Positions 20,663-29,907 of a stretch of 64,000 bases of DNA are shown piece after piece. Positions within the stretch are counted from its first letter, which is position 1. Every line of letters begins with the position of its first letter. The stretch lies in assembly GCA_027002475.1 (NCBI GenBank), contig JALWZS010000038.1:46032-110031 (forward strand), in the 5' to 3' direction. This stretch comes from a bacterium (GTDB lineage Bacteria > Patescibacteriota > 4484-211 > GCA-002791395). A program made the translations under genes and the position numbers. The notes below the pieces were generated by a model, which was not told the origin of the DNA, did not search any database, and was given only the letters and a program-made list of their open reading frames with translations.

Positions 20663-21703
20663 ATGACTAAAAAAAAGAAGCAACTAATAATAGGTGGTGT
20701 TGTTGGGTTTATGTTAATTCTTGCATTGGCATATTCTTTGCCACGTTTAACTCACACAGTTACAAGTCCAGAGCCAACTGCAGCGCCACCAGCGGAAATA
20801 ACCCCAAAGGAGCTGCGTAGCGTAAAAGCTATTGAAGCGTCTGATGATTTAAGTGATATGGTCTTTAATGAAGCAAAGGGACTGTATTATATTTCAAGTT
20901 TCGACGAAGGCAAGATTTATGCTATTGGGCTTGAGAGTCAGACCGTAGATGGGGAGATTCCTGTTGTTGCACCAAATAGAATGTTACTAAACCCTGCAAT
21001 AAATAAAATGTATGTTACTTCAGCCGATACGGTAAAAGAGGTTGGTTTAAATAACTTTACGGTTGAGAGAAGTGTTAAAACAGGAGTTCATCCATTAGAG
21101 CTATTGGTTGCAGATAGTGGAAAACGCTTATTTGTTGTGAACGAATTCTCTGATAATGTGGCAGTTATTGATACAGATTCATTCTCGCTTATCGCAACCA
21201 TTCCCGTCGGTAAGAGGCCAGTTGATATTGCAAAGGATAGAAACGGTGAATTCGTTTACGTTGTCAATAAAGAGGATGCATCGGTCTCTAAGATATCGGT
21301 TAGTAATTTAAGTGTGGTATCAACAATTGAAAATGTTGGGCGACCGGTTGTAATTGAAGCATACCCCGGTAAAGACTTGATGCTAATCTTAGATCAATAC
21401 GGCGATAATGTAATTGTACTTGATACAAATACGGACAAAATCGTTAAAACAATTAAAACTGTAGATTATCCTGCTGCTATTGCATTCGATCTTGGTAACA
21501 ATCGCTTTTTTGTTTCAAGTTTTACAAAAAGCTCTATTGGCATAATTGACATTGAAAAAGAAGCAATGGTATCTGAACTGCAACTTGGAACTGCATTCCA
21601 ACCAATCTCTGGGCTTAACAATATGATTTACAACGCACAAAGCAAGTCACTTATTGTTACAAACACAAATACCGGCAAGGTCTTTTTCGTGCCGGTTGAC
21701 TAA
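20663..21703 (+). CDS. YVTN-family beta-propeller repeat protein, membrane-anchored
   Basis: 346 aa. N-terminal TM. Repeated ~40-aa units (KMYVTSADTVKEVGL, RLFVVNEFSDNVAVIDTDS, FVYVVNKEDASVSKIS, RFFVSSFTKSSIGIIDI) typical of YVTN/NHL-type propellers. Confidence 0.6.
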   Translation: MTKKKKQLIIGGVVGFMLILALAYSLPRLTHTVTSPEPTAAPPAEITPKELRSVKAIEASDDLSDMVFNEAKGLYYISSFDEGKIYAIGLESQTVDGEIPVVAPNRMLLNPAINKMYVTSADTVKEVGLNNFTVERSVKTGVHPLELLVADSGKRLFVVNEFSDNVAVIDTDSFSLIATIPVGKRPVDIAKDRNGEFVYVVNKEDASVSKISVSNLSVVSTIENVGRPVVIEAYPGKDLMLILDQYGDNVIVLDTNTDKIVKTIKTVDYPAAIAFDLGNNRFFVSSFTKSSIGIIDIEKEAMVSELQLGTAFQPISGLNNMIYNAQSKSLIVTNTNTGKVFFVPVD

Positions 21704-21754
21704 TGCCTGTTTAAGCCTTGACACTGCTATATTCTGTATCTATACTGAAGACGT

Positions 21755-22285
21755 ATGTTCTCTAAAATCTTACTGCGCCTTTTAAAAGAAGCTTTGTTCC
21801 CGGCAGTGCTAGTGCTGCTTACTAAGGTTGCAGCCATCATGATTTTTGTGCATGCATTTTCTTTAGCTTGGAGCTTGGAGGTTAAGACATTTATTCCTGA
21901 TTTTACATTCGAAAACCAAGACGTTTCTGTTTTTGTTAATTCGTACTCTAACCTGTTTGTATTTTTAGTTGTTGTGTTTGGGTTTGCTTGGGTATTAGCT
22001 AGAGCGTATTACTTTCACGATACACATATAAAGCCGTCTTTAATTCTAAGGCTTTTGTCATGGAATTTAACCGGACTTTTAACAAGTAGTCACGAAATTT
22101 ATCACAAAGGAGTTGTTTGGATTTCTTATCTATGGCTAATAACACTCCTTATTGGAGTGCATACATTGCTTGGCATTAATTATGTTTGGGTTTTTGTGTT
22201 TGCGTTGGCTTCAAGCGTACTTGCAACTTGGTACTTTATTGCTGACGTAGAAAGGGAACTAGTTCATCATGAAAGCACTATCTAA
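21755..22285 (+). CDS. Hypothetical polytopic membrane protein (~4 TM)
   Basis: 176 aa with four hydrophobic segments. The 3' end overlaps the next gene. Confidence 0.45.
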   Translation: MFSKILLRLLKEALFPAVLVLLTKVAAIMIFVHAFSLAWSLEVKTFIPDFTFENQDVSVFVNSYSNLFVFLVVVFGFAWVLARAYYFHDTHIKPSLILRLLSWNLTGLLTSSHEIYHKGVVWISYLWLITLLIGVHTLLGINYVWVFVFALASSVLATWYFIADVERELVHHESTI

Positions 22286-23036
22286 TCTCGCACTAACACT
22301 AATTTTATTTGGTCTATTTATGGTACCTGTGATTGCTATTCATAGGATGGTTTCTTTTGAGACTGTACCAAATAAAGGTGTTGTTGCTGGAGCTAGAACT
22401 ATCGACTCAAGTGATTTAAATATAATTCCAAATACGTCCGATTTTGATAAGTATGCAAGTTTTGCACCACATTCATTTGAGAATGGAGTTTATAAAGACA
22501 ACGTTACGGTAACATCTTTTCAACGACAGCAAGCAACGTACCGTGGACTTTATACACTTTACAATGTTTCAAAAGATCCAATAAAGCTAACAATTGTAGG
22601 CGATATTGCAGTACCTACCGATGCGACGTTTGATAGGATTGTTTTAGGGTTTGGCAATAACACTTTTGGTGAAAAGCTGTCTGCAGATCTTAAAAAGGGT
22701 ACGTCATTAATCCCAATGGATGTGCCTCTAGAAGGGGTTAATGTGGGGGATAAGATTTTAATTGGAGATGAATTAGTAAGTGTACTTCGAATTACCCCAA
22801 CTCATTTAGTAACAATGCCACTACAAAACACACATAAAGCAGGTGAAAAGATGTATCCTCAATCTGTAGTTCTAACACCAGGTGAAATTGTTTTCCCTGA
22901 ATCAGGGGTATATGTTCTAGAGGCAGGTGAAAAGGTTTTGGTCAACCTTGAAGTAAAAGGCTCTGCAAGGTTGTTGCAGCAAGATCAAAAAGTAACGGTT
23001 CCGCTCGAAATTAGAGCACAAAGATTAGACTCTTAA
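22269..23036 (+). CDS. Hypothetical secreted protein
   Basis: 255 aa, N-terminal signal/TM (LALTLILFGLFMVPVIAI). Last gene of the plus-strand operon. Confidence 0.45.
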   Translation: MKALSNLALTLILFGLFMVPVIAIHRMVSFETVPNKGVVAGARTIDSSDLNIIPNTSDFDKYASFAPHSFENGVYKDNVTVTSFQRQQATYRGLYTLYNVSKDPIKLTIVGDIAVPTDATFDRIVLGFGNNTFGEKLSADLKKGTSLIPMDVPLEGVNVGDKILIGDELVSVLRITPTHLVTMPLQNTHKAGEKMYPQSVVLTPGEIVFPESGVYVLEAGEKVLVNLEVKGSARLLQQDQKVTVPLEIRAQRLDS

Positions 23037-23055
23037 ACGGTTTTAGCCTCTTTGC

Positions 23056-24870
23056 TTACAAATCCGCAGCAGTCAATATATCAAAACGTGTTGTCCAAAT
23101 AGCGTCTGTTCCAGGAGATTTTAGGTTAAAGACAAACTTAAATCGATTGGCGTCGATATCAACAACAGAGCCATTGTTAAAATACACACGAACTGTTTTG
23201 GTTTGGGCTGTATTTGCCCCCGACTTTCCGTTTTCGTCAAGCACTTCAATGGCATTAAAGTTGGTGATTGGGGTTATTCCTGATTTGTTTAGTGCGTCAA
23301 CGATCTCACTTGATGTAAGCTCGCCAATTTGGTTGTTGTAACTTTCTGGGAGAAGTGCAGCATTGGCTAAATCTGTAACTTGCTCAATTGATAGCCATGG
23401 TTCATCTCCCCATGCCTTGTGATACCACGGAGAACCTGCGTAATCTTTACCCTCGTAGGGCTTCCCTTTGGCGTCAAAGTCGGCGATACTAACTGAGTAT
23501 GGTCGGTAACCGCCCCATACCTGTTGAGTGGTTAAAGTAAATCCGCCAGCCCCAATCGAGTACCATGCCTCAATTGGCTCGCCTTGATAAGTAATTACAA
23601 TTCCGCGTGTACTCTCTACAGCTTCTCTCCAGTACTCTCCGCACAAACCGTTGACCTTACTATCTCCAACATATACCTGACATTGTTGTGTCGTACAAAT
23701 AGGGTTTTGACCGTTATTGGTGTACTTTAGCGCATATGTGCGTGATATTATTGCTTGGACTTTAAGAATCTCAATGCCGCCTCGATCAGGCTTGCCCCAG
23801 CACGATGGCATTTCTCCTATTCCGAGTAGGTACTTGTCTTCAAATGGGAGTGTTCTTCCGTCTGTTAAGGTGATTGTTTTTGGTGCGTCCCATTTTTGTA
23901 GTTCTACGCCCTTAAAATACGCTTTTATTATCTCGTCTGCTGTTTGCCCAGCGACAGCACGCCCTAGTGCTCCATATTGGCTTAACCCGACCCGATGAGG
24001 ATATCCATATGTCCAAAATGAGAAATAGACCTTACCATCCTTAGGTGGGGATTTCTCTATCGCTGCCTCGTCTATTTCGATGTTTCCAACAGACGTTGAA
24101 GCTAGCGCTGCTGCTGCTTTTCTTGCTAAGATATCGCGTTGCTTTTGGGTTAGCTGATTTATCTTTTCGTCAATACCAATTAATGCTTGGTTTAAGTCTT
24201 GCATTCTAGCTTGTGCGGCAGCAAGATTGCTTTGTGTTTTAGAAATCTCTCCTTGAAGCGCATTTTGTTTAGCCACAAGTTCTTGCTTTTGTATAGTTAA
24301 CTCGTCTTTTATCTTTGCTAAGACTTCTCGAATATCCTGAATAGTTTGGAGTTGCTCGCCGAGGTTATCTGCATCCCGCTTTATCGAATACGTGACTGCT
24401 CTTTTGTAAATTAGGTTTTTTGTTAAATCTTTTAGCGTCTTTGCTGCAAAAATATGCGATAGCCATCCTGGAGCTTGCTGCATATACATCTGCCTTATGG
24501 CTTCGTGCATTAGTTCTAATCGTTCATTAATTAACTTTTCTGTTTCATCAATTTGCGCGTTTACCTTTTCAAGCTCGGCCTCCTTTTCCTTAATTGATTC
24601 TTGAGTAACTGCAACTTGCTGTTTGGTTGATTGATAGCTTTGTTGCATCGAAACTAAAGAATTTTCATACTGCGCCTTTAGTGCTTTTAGTTGGTCTAGC
24701 GCTTTTTGGTTAGCATCTTTTTGCTCTTTAGCTTTTTGTAGTTCTTCTTGAGTTTGGTCGAGTTGTTTGTCTAAATCGCTTAATGAATCCCCAAATGTGC
24801 GTGGTACAAATATAAAAGTTGCGATTAGTATAAGTACTCCGGTTAGTATAAGTGGAAACTTCCTGTTCAT
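23056..24870 (-). CDS. SpoIID/LytB-domain protein with long N-terminal coiled coil
   Basis: 604 aa. Signal/TM, then ~250 aa of heptad-rich coiled coil (LDKQLDQTQEELQKAKEQ...). The C-terminal domain carries the SpoIID/LytB signature YLLGIGEMPSCWG...LKVQAIISRTYA...CTTQQCQVYVG. Confidence 0.7.
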   Translation of the reverse strand: MNRKFPLILTGVLILIATFIFVPRTFGDSLSDLDKQLDQTQEELQKAKEQKDANQKALDQLKALKAQYENSLVSMQQSYQSTKQQVAVTQESIKEKEAELEKVNAQIDETEKLINERLELMHEAIRQMYMQQAPGWLSHIFAAKTLKDLTKNLIYKRAVTYSIKRDADNLGEQLQTIQDIREVLAKIKDELTIQKQELVAKQNALQGEISKTQSNLAAAQARMQDLNQALIGIDEKINQLTQKQRDILARKAAAALASTSVGNIEIDEAAIEKSPPKDGKVYFSFWTYGYPHRVGLSQYGALGRAVAGQTADEIIKAYFKGVELQKWDAPKTITLTDGRTLPFEDKYLLGIGEMPSCWGKPDRGGIEILKVQAIISRTYALKYTNNGQNPICTTQQCQVYVGDSKVNGLCGEYWREAVESTRGIVITYQGEPIEAWYSIGAGGFTLTTQQVWGGYRPYSVSIADFDAKGKPYEGKDYAGSPWYHKAWGDEPWLSIEQVTDLANAALLPESYNNQIGELTSSEIVDALNKSGITPITNFNAIEVLDENGKSGANTAQTKTVRVYFNNGSVVDIDANRFKFVFNLKSPGTDAIWTTRFDILTAADL

Positions 24871-24975
24871 TGTAATTTAATGATAGCAAATATCTTGCTT
24901 GGCGTATGTTGTGTAGAGCTTGAGGTCTTATTAATTTTGGCGCGAAAATAACTGTATAATCAAGAGAGCTAAACC

Positions 24976-25806
24976 ATGATAGATACTCACGCACATCTTT
25001 ATTTTGATTCCTTTAATGACGATAGAGAAGAGGTTATTAAAAGGATTGACGATGAATTAGATGCAGTTATCAACATAGGAATTGATACTACGTCAAATAA
25101 AAAGGTCATTGAGTTAGCGCAAAACAATGACAGGCTTTTTGCGGTAGTCGGTTTTAATCCAGAAGCAGTTGTTAAGCTTTTGGAGTCAGATAAAAACACT
25201 GATGACTTGCAAATAGAGTTGGGAGAACTGCTTTTACCGAGAAACAAAATCGTCGGGATTGGTGAGATTGGGCTAGATTATTACTGGAAAGAGTTTGCCG
25301 CAGAAAGCCAACGGGAACTACAAAAAAAAGGCTTTAGAGCGCAGGTAGAATTTGCAATAAAAAATGAGCTGCCGATTGTTATCCATTCTCGCGACGCCTT
25401 TTTCGATACGTTTAAAATATTAAGTGATTATAAAGACGAGTCTTATTTCAAGGGCGTTTGGCACTCATTTACCATAGATAAATCAGGTGGCGCTAATGGT
25501 GTTAGTCCAAAGGAGCAGTTGGAAAAGGTGCTAGGCTTAGGTCTTTACATCGGGGTTAACGGGATTGTCACATTTCCTTCGGCTAGGGGTTTACAAGAAC
25601 TAATAAAGGAGGCTCCATTAGGTCGAGTGCTTTTAGAAACAGACTCGCCATTTCTTGCTCCTCAGCCAAAGCGTGGGAAACGCAACGAGCCGGTATTTGT
25701 GCGCTTTGTGGCTAAAAAGATTGCGGAAATAAAAGGAGCATCAGTTAATGATGTTGCTATTCAAACAGATAGGAACGCAAAGGAGTTGTTTGGGTTGGAG
25801 AGTTGA
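24976..25806 (+). CDS. tatD: TatD-family metal-dependent DNase/hydrolase
   Basis: 276 aa. MIDTHAHLYFDSF and GEIGLDYY motifs are diagnostic. Confidence 0.85.
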   Translation: MIDTHAHLYFDSFNDDREEVIKRIDDELDAVINIGIDTTSNKKVIELAQNNDRLFAVVGFNPEAVVKLLESDKNTDDLQIELGELLLPRNKIVGIGEIGLDYYWKEFAAESQRELQKKGFRAQVEFAIKNELPIVIHSRDAFFDTFKILSDYKDESYFKGVWHSFTIDKSGGANGVSPKEQLEKVLGLGLYIGVNGIVTFPSARGLQELIKEAPLGRVLLETDSPFLAPQPKRGKRNEPVFVRFVAKKIAEIKGASVNDVAIQTDRNAKELFGLES

Positions 25807-25896
25807 AGGGTTGGAGGGTTGACGTATGAAGCGCCCAAAACGGTGAGAGATCGCCACGCATTTGCTCTGCAAATACTCGCGATGCAGTAGGCGTAA

Positions 25897-26259
25897 GTGG
25901 CGGGTTATAATGTTGTTATGTTTAAAGATAGACGGGTTCTTTTGTATACAATTGCCGCAATATTTATTAGCCAGTTGACCTTTTGGTTGGTGTTTTTATA
26001 TTACGATCAGTTGCCGCCTCAAATCCCGCTATGGAATTTGTCTAGCTGCGTTGAGTGTACCTTGGCTTCAACTGCGAACATATGGTATTTGCCTGGTCTT
26101 TCGATAGGTATTGTTGCATTGCATTTACTAATAACACTTTTTATTAACAAAACAAAGCCATTTATGGTTAATTTCGTTATGGGAACAACGCTTCCTATGA
26201 GCCTGTTTTTGCTTGGGGCAACGGTTAGACTGTTGGGGTTAGTGCTCGGTTGGTTTTAG
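25897..26259 (+). CDS. Hypothetical small membrane protein (occupies the position expected for rplO)
   Basis: 120 aa, GTG start (alternative ATG at 25918), three hydrophobic helices. Immediately upstream of secY. Confidence 0.4.
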   Translation: MAGYNVVMFKDRRVLLYTIAAIFISQLTFWLVFLYYDQLPPQIPLWNLSSCVECTLASTANIWYLPGLSIGIVALHLLITLFINKTKPFMVNFVMGTTLPMSLFLLGATVRLLGLVLGWF

Positions 26260-26303
26260 ATTAAAGCCTAAACTAAGGACTATTCTTTCAATGGTAGAAT
26301 AGT

Positions 26304-27605
26304 ATGGTTATGGTAGAAAAGATAGTTAATTTTTTGCGAAACGCATGGAGTACTCCTGACCTTAGGAAGAAGTTAATATTTACATTCATAATAATAACAA
26401 TTTACAGGCTTGTTGCGCATGTGCCTTTGCCTGGTGTTAACTTAAGTGCACTTCGGACACTGTTTGAGCAGTCTCAATTTTTAGGACTTCTTAACATGTT
26501 TTCAGGTGGTGCACTAGCTAACTTTTCAATAATCGCACTAGGACTTAACCCTTACATTAATGCCTCAATTATCTTTCAGCTTGCAGGGATGGTTATTCCA
26601 AAGCTTGAGGAGCTACAAAAAGAAGGAGAGCAAGGGCAGCGCAAAATTAATCAATGGACACGAATTCTTAGCGTACCATTGGCTGCAGTGCAGTCTTTAT
26701 CTGTTTACTTTATATTAAGGCAGTCTCATATCATTGACTCTTTAACACCGCTTAGTCTGTTGGCGATGATTGCAACTTTAACTGCAGGTTCGATTCTTGC
26801 TGTCTGGCTTGGTGAGCTTTTGACCGAGTATGGGATTGGTAATGGGATTTCAATTCTTATTAGCGTTGGTATCATCTCTGGTTTGCCAACTCAAATTACG
26901 CAGCTTCTTTCTACAAGAACATCGGAAGATACATTTAACTTAATTGTATTTTTGGTTTTGGCAATAGTTACTATCGTGGCAATTGTAATTGTTAACGAAG
27001 GGAGGCGGCAGATTCCCGTCCAGTATGCCAGAAGAGTTCATGGGGCAAAACAAGGGATTAGCCAAATGACATATTTGCCGCTTAGGGTAAATCAGGCGGG
27101 AGTTATTCCAATCATCTTTGCTGTGTCTCTTGTTTTAATTCCAGGAACTGTTGCAAACTTTTTACAAGGGATTGATAACGCACAAGTTGCAGATATAGCG
27201 CGCGCAATGGCTAATTTCTTTAATCAAACAAGCTTTACGTACATGGCGACGTATTTTGTTCTTGTTGTGGCATTTACGTTCTTTTACACTGCGGTCACAT
27301 TTAATCCAGACAGAATTGCCGAAAACTTACAGCAGCAAGGTGGTTTCATTCCTGGTGTTAGGCCTGGAAAAGCGACCTCGGAGTATTTAAATAGGCTTCT
27401 TACACGTATAACGGTACCTGGCGCGTTGTTCTTGGGAGTAATCGCCATCTTGCCGATTTTGGTTAGAATGGCATTTCCTACAATTGGTTCCATTGTGACT
27501 TTGGGCGGGACAAGTCTTTTAATTCTTGTTTCAGTTACAGTTGAAACATTAAGGACAATGGAATCGATGATGGTAATGCGCGGATACGATAAATTTATCT
27601 CTTAG
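26304..27605 (+). CDS. secY: Preprotein translocase subunit SecY
   Basis: 433 aa, 10 TM. Conserved SecY N-terminus (DLRKKLIFTFIIITIYRLVAHVPLPGV) and GNGISILI motif. Confidence 0.95.
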   Translation: MVMVEKIVNFLRNAWSTPDLRKKLIFTFIIITIYRLVAHVPLPGVNLSALRTLFEQSQFLGLLNMFSGGALANFSIIALGLNPYINASIIFQLAGMVIPKLEELQKEGEQGQRKINQWTRILSVPLAAVQSLSVYFILRQSHIIDSLTPLSLLAMIATLTAGSILAVWLGELLTEYGIGNGISILISVGIISGLPTQITQLLSTRTSEDTFNLIVFLVLAIVTIVAIVIVNEGRRQIPVQYARRVHGAKQGISQMTYLPLRVNQAGVIPIIFAVSLVLIPGTVANFLQGIDNAQVADIARAMANFFNQTSFTYMATYFVLVVAFTFFYTAVTFNPDRIAENLQQQGGFIPGVRPGKATSEYLNRLLTRITVPGALFLGVIAILPILVRMAFPTIGSIVTLGGTSLLILVSVTVETLRTMESMMVMRGYDKFIS

Positions 27606-27606
27606 C

Positions 27607-28182
27607 ATGATTCTTTTGGTAATGGGACCGCAAGGTTCTGGGAAATCGACTCAAGGCAAGCTCTTGGCAAAAAAATATGGGTTAACGTTCATTTCGACTG
27701 GAGAGATTTTTAGAAGTCTCTATAAAAGCGGCGACAAGATCGGTATTGAAGCGGAAAAATATTGGGGAAACGGTGAGCTAGTTCCAGATGAAATAGTTTT
27801 AAAAGTTTTAAAAGAGTACTTTAGGCTAAATCCAAGTAACAAAGGGTATGTTGTCGATGGTTTTCCGCGCAGAAAATCGCAGTTTCATCTTATGGAAGAG
27901 GCTTTCCCAGAGCCAGTTACAGTCTTAGTGTTTTTAACGCTTACCGGTGGGATTATTAAGCAACGACTAAAAAAGCGCTGGCACCTAGAACATAGACCCG
28001 ATGAGCAGCCAAAAGCCATAAAGAAGCGCTTAGAGATATATGCAAAAGAAACCGAACCTCTCATAAAAGAATTTAAAAAACATGGCGTTCCAGTCATTGA
28101 AATTGATGCGTCGCCTAGCATAGAGGAAATCTTTAGCAATATAGAGGGCGCTCTTAAAGAAAGGAATCTTATTGATGGATGA
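27607..28182 (+). CDS. adk: Adenylate kinase
   Basis: 191 aa. P-loop GPQGSGKSTQ. Lies in the conserved secY-adk-map order. Confidence 0.9.
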   Translation: MILLVMGPQGSGKSTQGKLLAKKYGLTFISTGEIFRSLYKSGDKIGIEAEKYWGNGELVPDEIVLKVLKEYFRLNPSNKGYVVDGFPRRKSQFHLMEEAFPEPVTVLVFLTLTGGIIKQRLKKRWHLEHRPDEQPKAIKKRLEIYAKETEPLIKEFKKHGVPVIEIDASPSIEEIFSNIEGALKERNLIDG

Positions 28183-28936
28183 GGTAACACTAAAAACTCC
28201 AGAAGAGATAGAAATAATGCATCAAAACGGCAAGATTTTAGCTCAAATCATGCGTGAGCTATTAGGAATGGTTGAGCCGGGCATAACAACTCTTGATATA
28301 GACAAGAAGGCTGATGAATTGGTTACTAAGCACGGCGTCAAGGCTGCATTTAAAGGTTTTGAGGGGTATCCGTATGGTCTTGTTGCGTGTGTGAATGAAG
28401 AGGTGGTTCATGGCATGCCAGCAAAGGATAAGGTGTTAAAAGATGGGGACGTTTTAACCCTTGATTATGGTGTGTATGCAAATGGTTTTTACTCAGATAT
28501 GGCGCGCACTATTGTTGTTGGTGCTTCAACTCCAAAACTGGATGCTTTCTTAGAAACGGGTAAAAAGGCGCTACTTAATGCAATTGATAAGGCAAAGGTG
28601 GGTGGGCATCTTGGTGACATTGGGCATGCAATTCAGTCAACGGTTGAGGGCAATGGTTACTCTGTAGTTAGGGCATTTGTTGGACATGGCGTCGGTCGCG
28701 AATTGCATGAAGAGCCACAGGTTTATGGTGTTGGTGTGCCCGGGCGCGGGATGGTGCTTAGGGAAGGTTTGGTGATTGCGATTGAAGTAATGTATATGAT
28801 GGGCTCATATGAGGTAGAAATGCTTGATGATGGTTGGACTGCGGTAACGGCTGATGGCTCTATCTCTGGAATGTTTGAAAATACGGTTGCAATTACACGA
28901 AAAGGTCCACTAATCCTGACTCCGTTACCGCTATAA
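28172..28936 (+). CDS. map: Methionine aminopeptidase type I
   Basis: 254 aa. MetAP fold signatures (GHGVGRELHEEP, metal-ligand D/H/E pattern). Confidence 0.9.
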   Translation: MMDEVTLKTPEEIEIMHQNGKILAQIMRELLGMVEPGITTLDIDKKADELVTKHGVKAAFKGFEGYPYGLVACVNEEVVHGMPAKDKVLKDGDVLTLDYGVYANGFYSDMARTIVVGASTPKLDAFLETGKKALLNAIDKAKVGGHLGDIGHAIQSTVEGNGYSVVRAFVGHGVGRELHEEPQVYGVGVPGRGMVLREGLVIAIEVMYMMGSYEVEMLDDGWTAVTADGSISGMFENTVAITRKGPLILTPLPL

Positions 28937-28988
28937 TTTTTGTTTTCTTCTTACCTTTTGGCTATAAGATATATAATGTTTGTAAGGC

Positions 28989-29861
28989 ATGGAAGCTAGT
29001 AAACACTTATTGGTACTACGCGCAATTATAGAGAACAAAAACAATAGTCTCTTGTTAGTCAAACGCTCAATGGATAGGAGTTATAACCCGGGAAAGTGGG
29101 AATTACCGGGTGGTAAAGTAGCTCCCGGCCAGAGTTTAGGGGATGCATTGGATCGGATAGTCCATGAAGAGTTAGGTGTTATAACACAAGGTGCGCTTAA
29201 TCGCCATTACGTAATTGATAAGCTTGTTACAGATGGTAAGTACAAGGGATTTACTTATGTTGAAGTGGCAACGCCGGCATATTATGCGGGTGGTGTGCCA
29301 AAAGTTGGGTCTGTGGATTTGGTTTCATATGACTGGGTGCCTATGGGCAAGGTGCTTGATTATGATTTATCGTTTGAATCTAAAAAGAATTTAGTAAAAT
29401 ATCTTGCAGATGTCAACGCTAGTTCGTCGAAGACGGCTAATGTTATCTTAGTTTCTAGGGCGCTTATTTCAAATGATAAAGGAGAGTTTTTGTTAATAAA
29501 GCGCGCCAGCACAGAGAGATATCCTGATAAGTGGGAGATACCTGGTGGAAAATTAGATTCGTTTGAATCGCTTGAAGCGAATCTAGTTCGTGAGGTGTTG
29601 GAAGAAACTGGTCTTTTAATTGAGAACATCTATCCAAACATCCACTCATACGTAAAGGTTGGTAATCAAGGTGAGCAAAAGGGGATAACATTTGTAAATA
29701 TTATGAGTGTAGCTAAGGCTAAAACACAAAAGATCAGATTGGGTCCAGATCACAGTGAATATAAATGGTTGCGACCAAATGAGATATTAAACTTACCGCT
29801 AGTTGATTATGTTAAGCTGCCGCTCACTGAGGTGTTATATAAACTTAATGCTAATTCATGA
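28989..29861 (+). CDS. Tandem NUDIX hydrolase (two Nudix boxes)
   Basis: 290 aa. Two GX5EX7REUXEEXGU boxes: GGKVAPGQSLGDALDRIVHEELGV and GGKLDSFESLEANLVREVLEETGL. Confidence 0.7.
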   Translation: MEASKHLLVLRAIIENKNNSLLLVKRSMDRSYNPGKWELPGGKVAPGQSLGDALDRIVHEELGVITQGALNRHYVIDKLVTDGKYKGFTYVEVATPAYYAGGVPKVGSVDLVSYDWVPMGKVLDYDLSFESKKNLVKYLADVNASSSKTANVILVSRALISNDKGEFLLIKRASTERYPDKWEIPGGKLDSFESLEANLVREVLEETGLLIENIYPNIHSYVKVGNQGEQKGITFVNIMSVAKAKTQKIRLGPDHSEYKWLRPNEILNLPLVDYVKLPLTEVLYKLNANS

Positions 29862-29907
29862 ACTTGAGTTTTTGCGCTTACTGATATAAAATTCCCACGT
29901 ACGAACT

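Noticed and set aside
25798-25900. Possibility of UGA recoding (alternative genetic code) because a conserved motif spans the TGA stops of tatD and atpA
   Set aside because: EF-Tu, AtpA, TatD, RecA and others terminate at TGA, TAA or TAG at their expected full lengths. Read-through of the tatD TGA gives a non-conserved tail, so the standard code fits.
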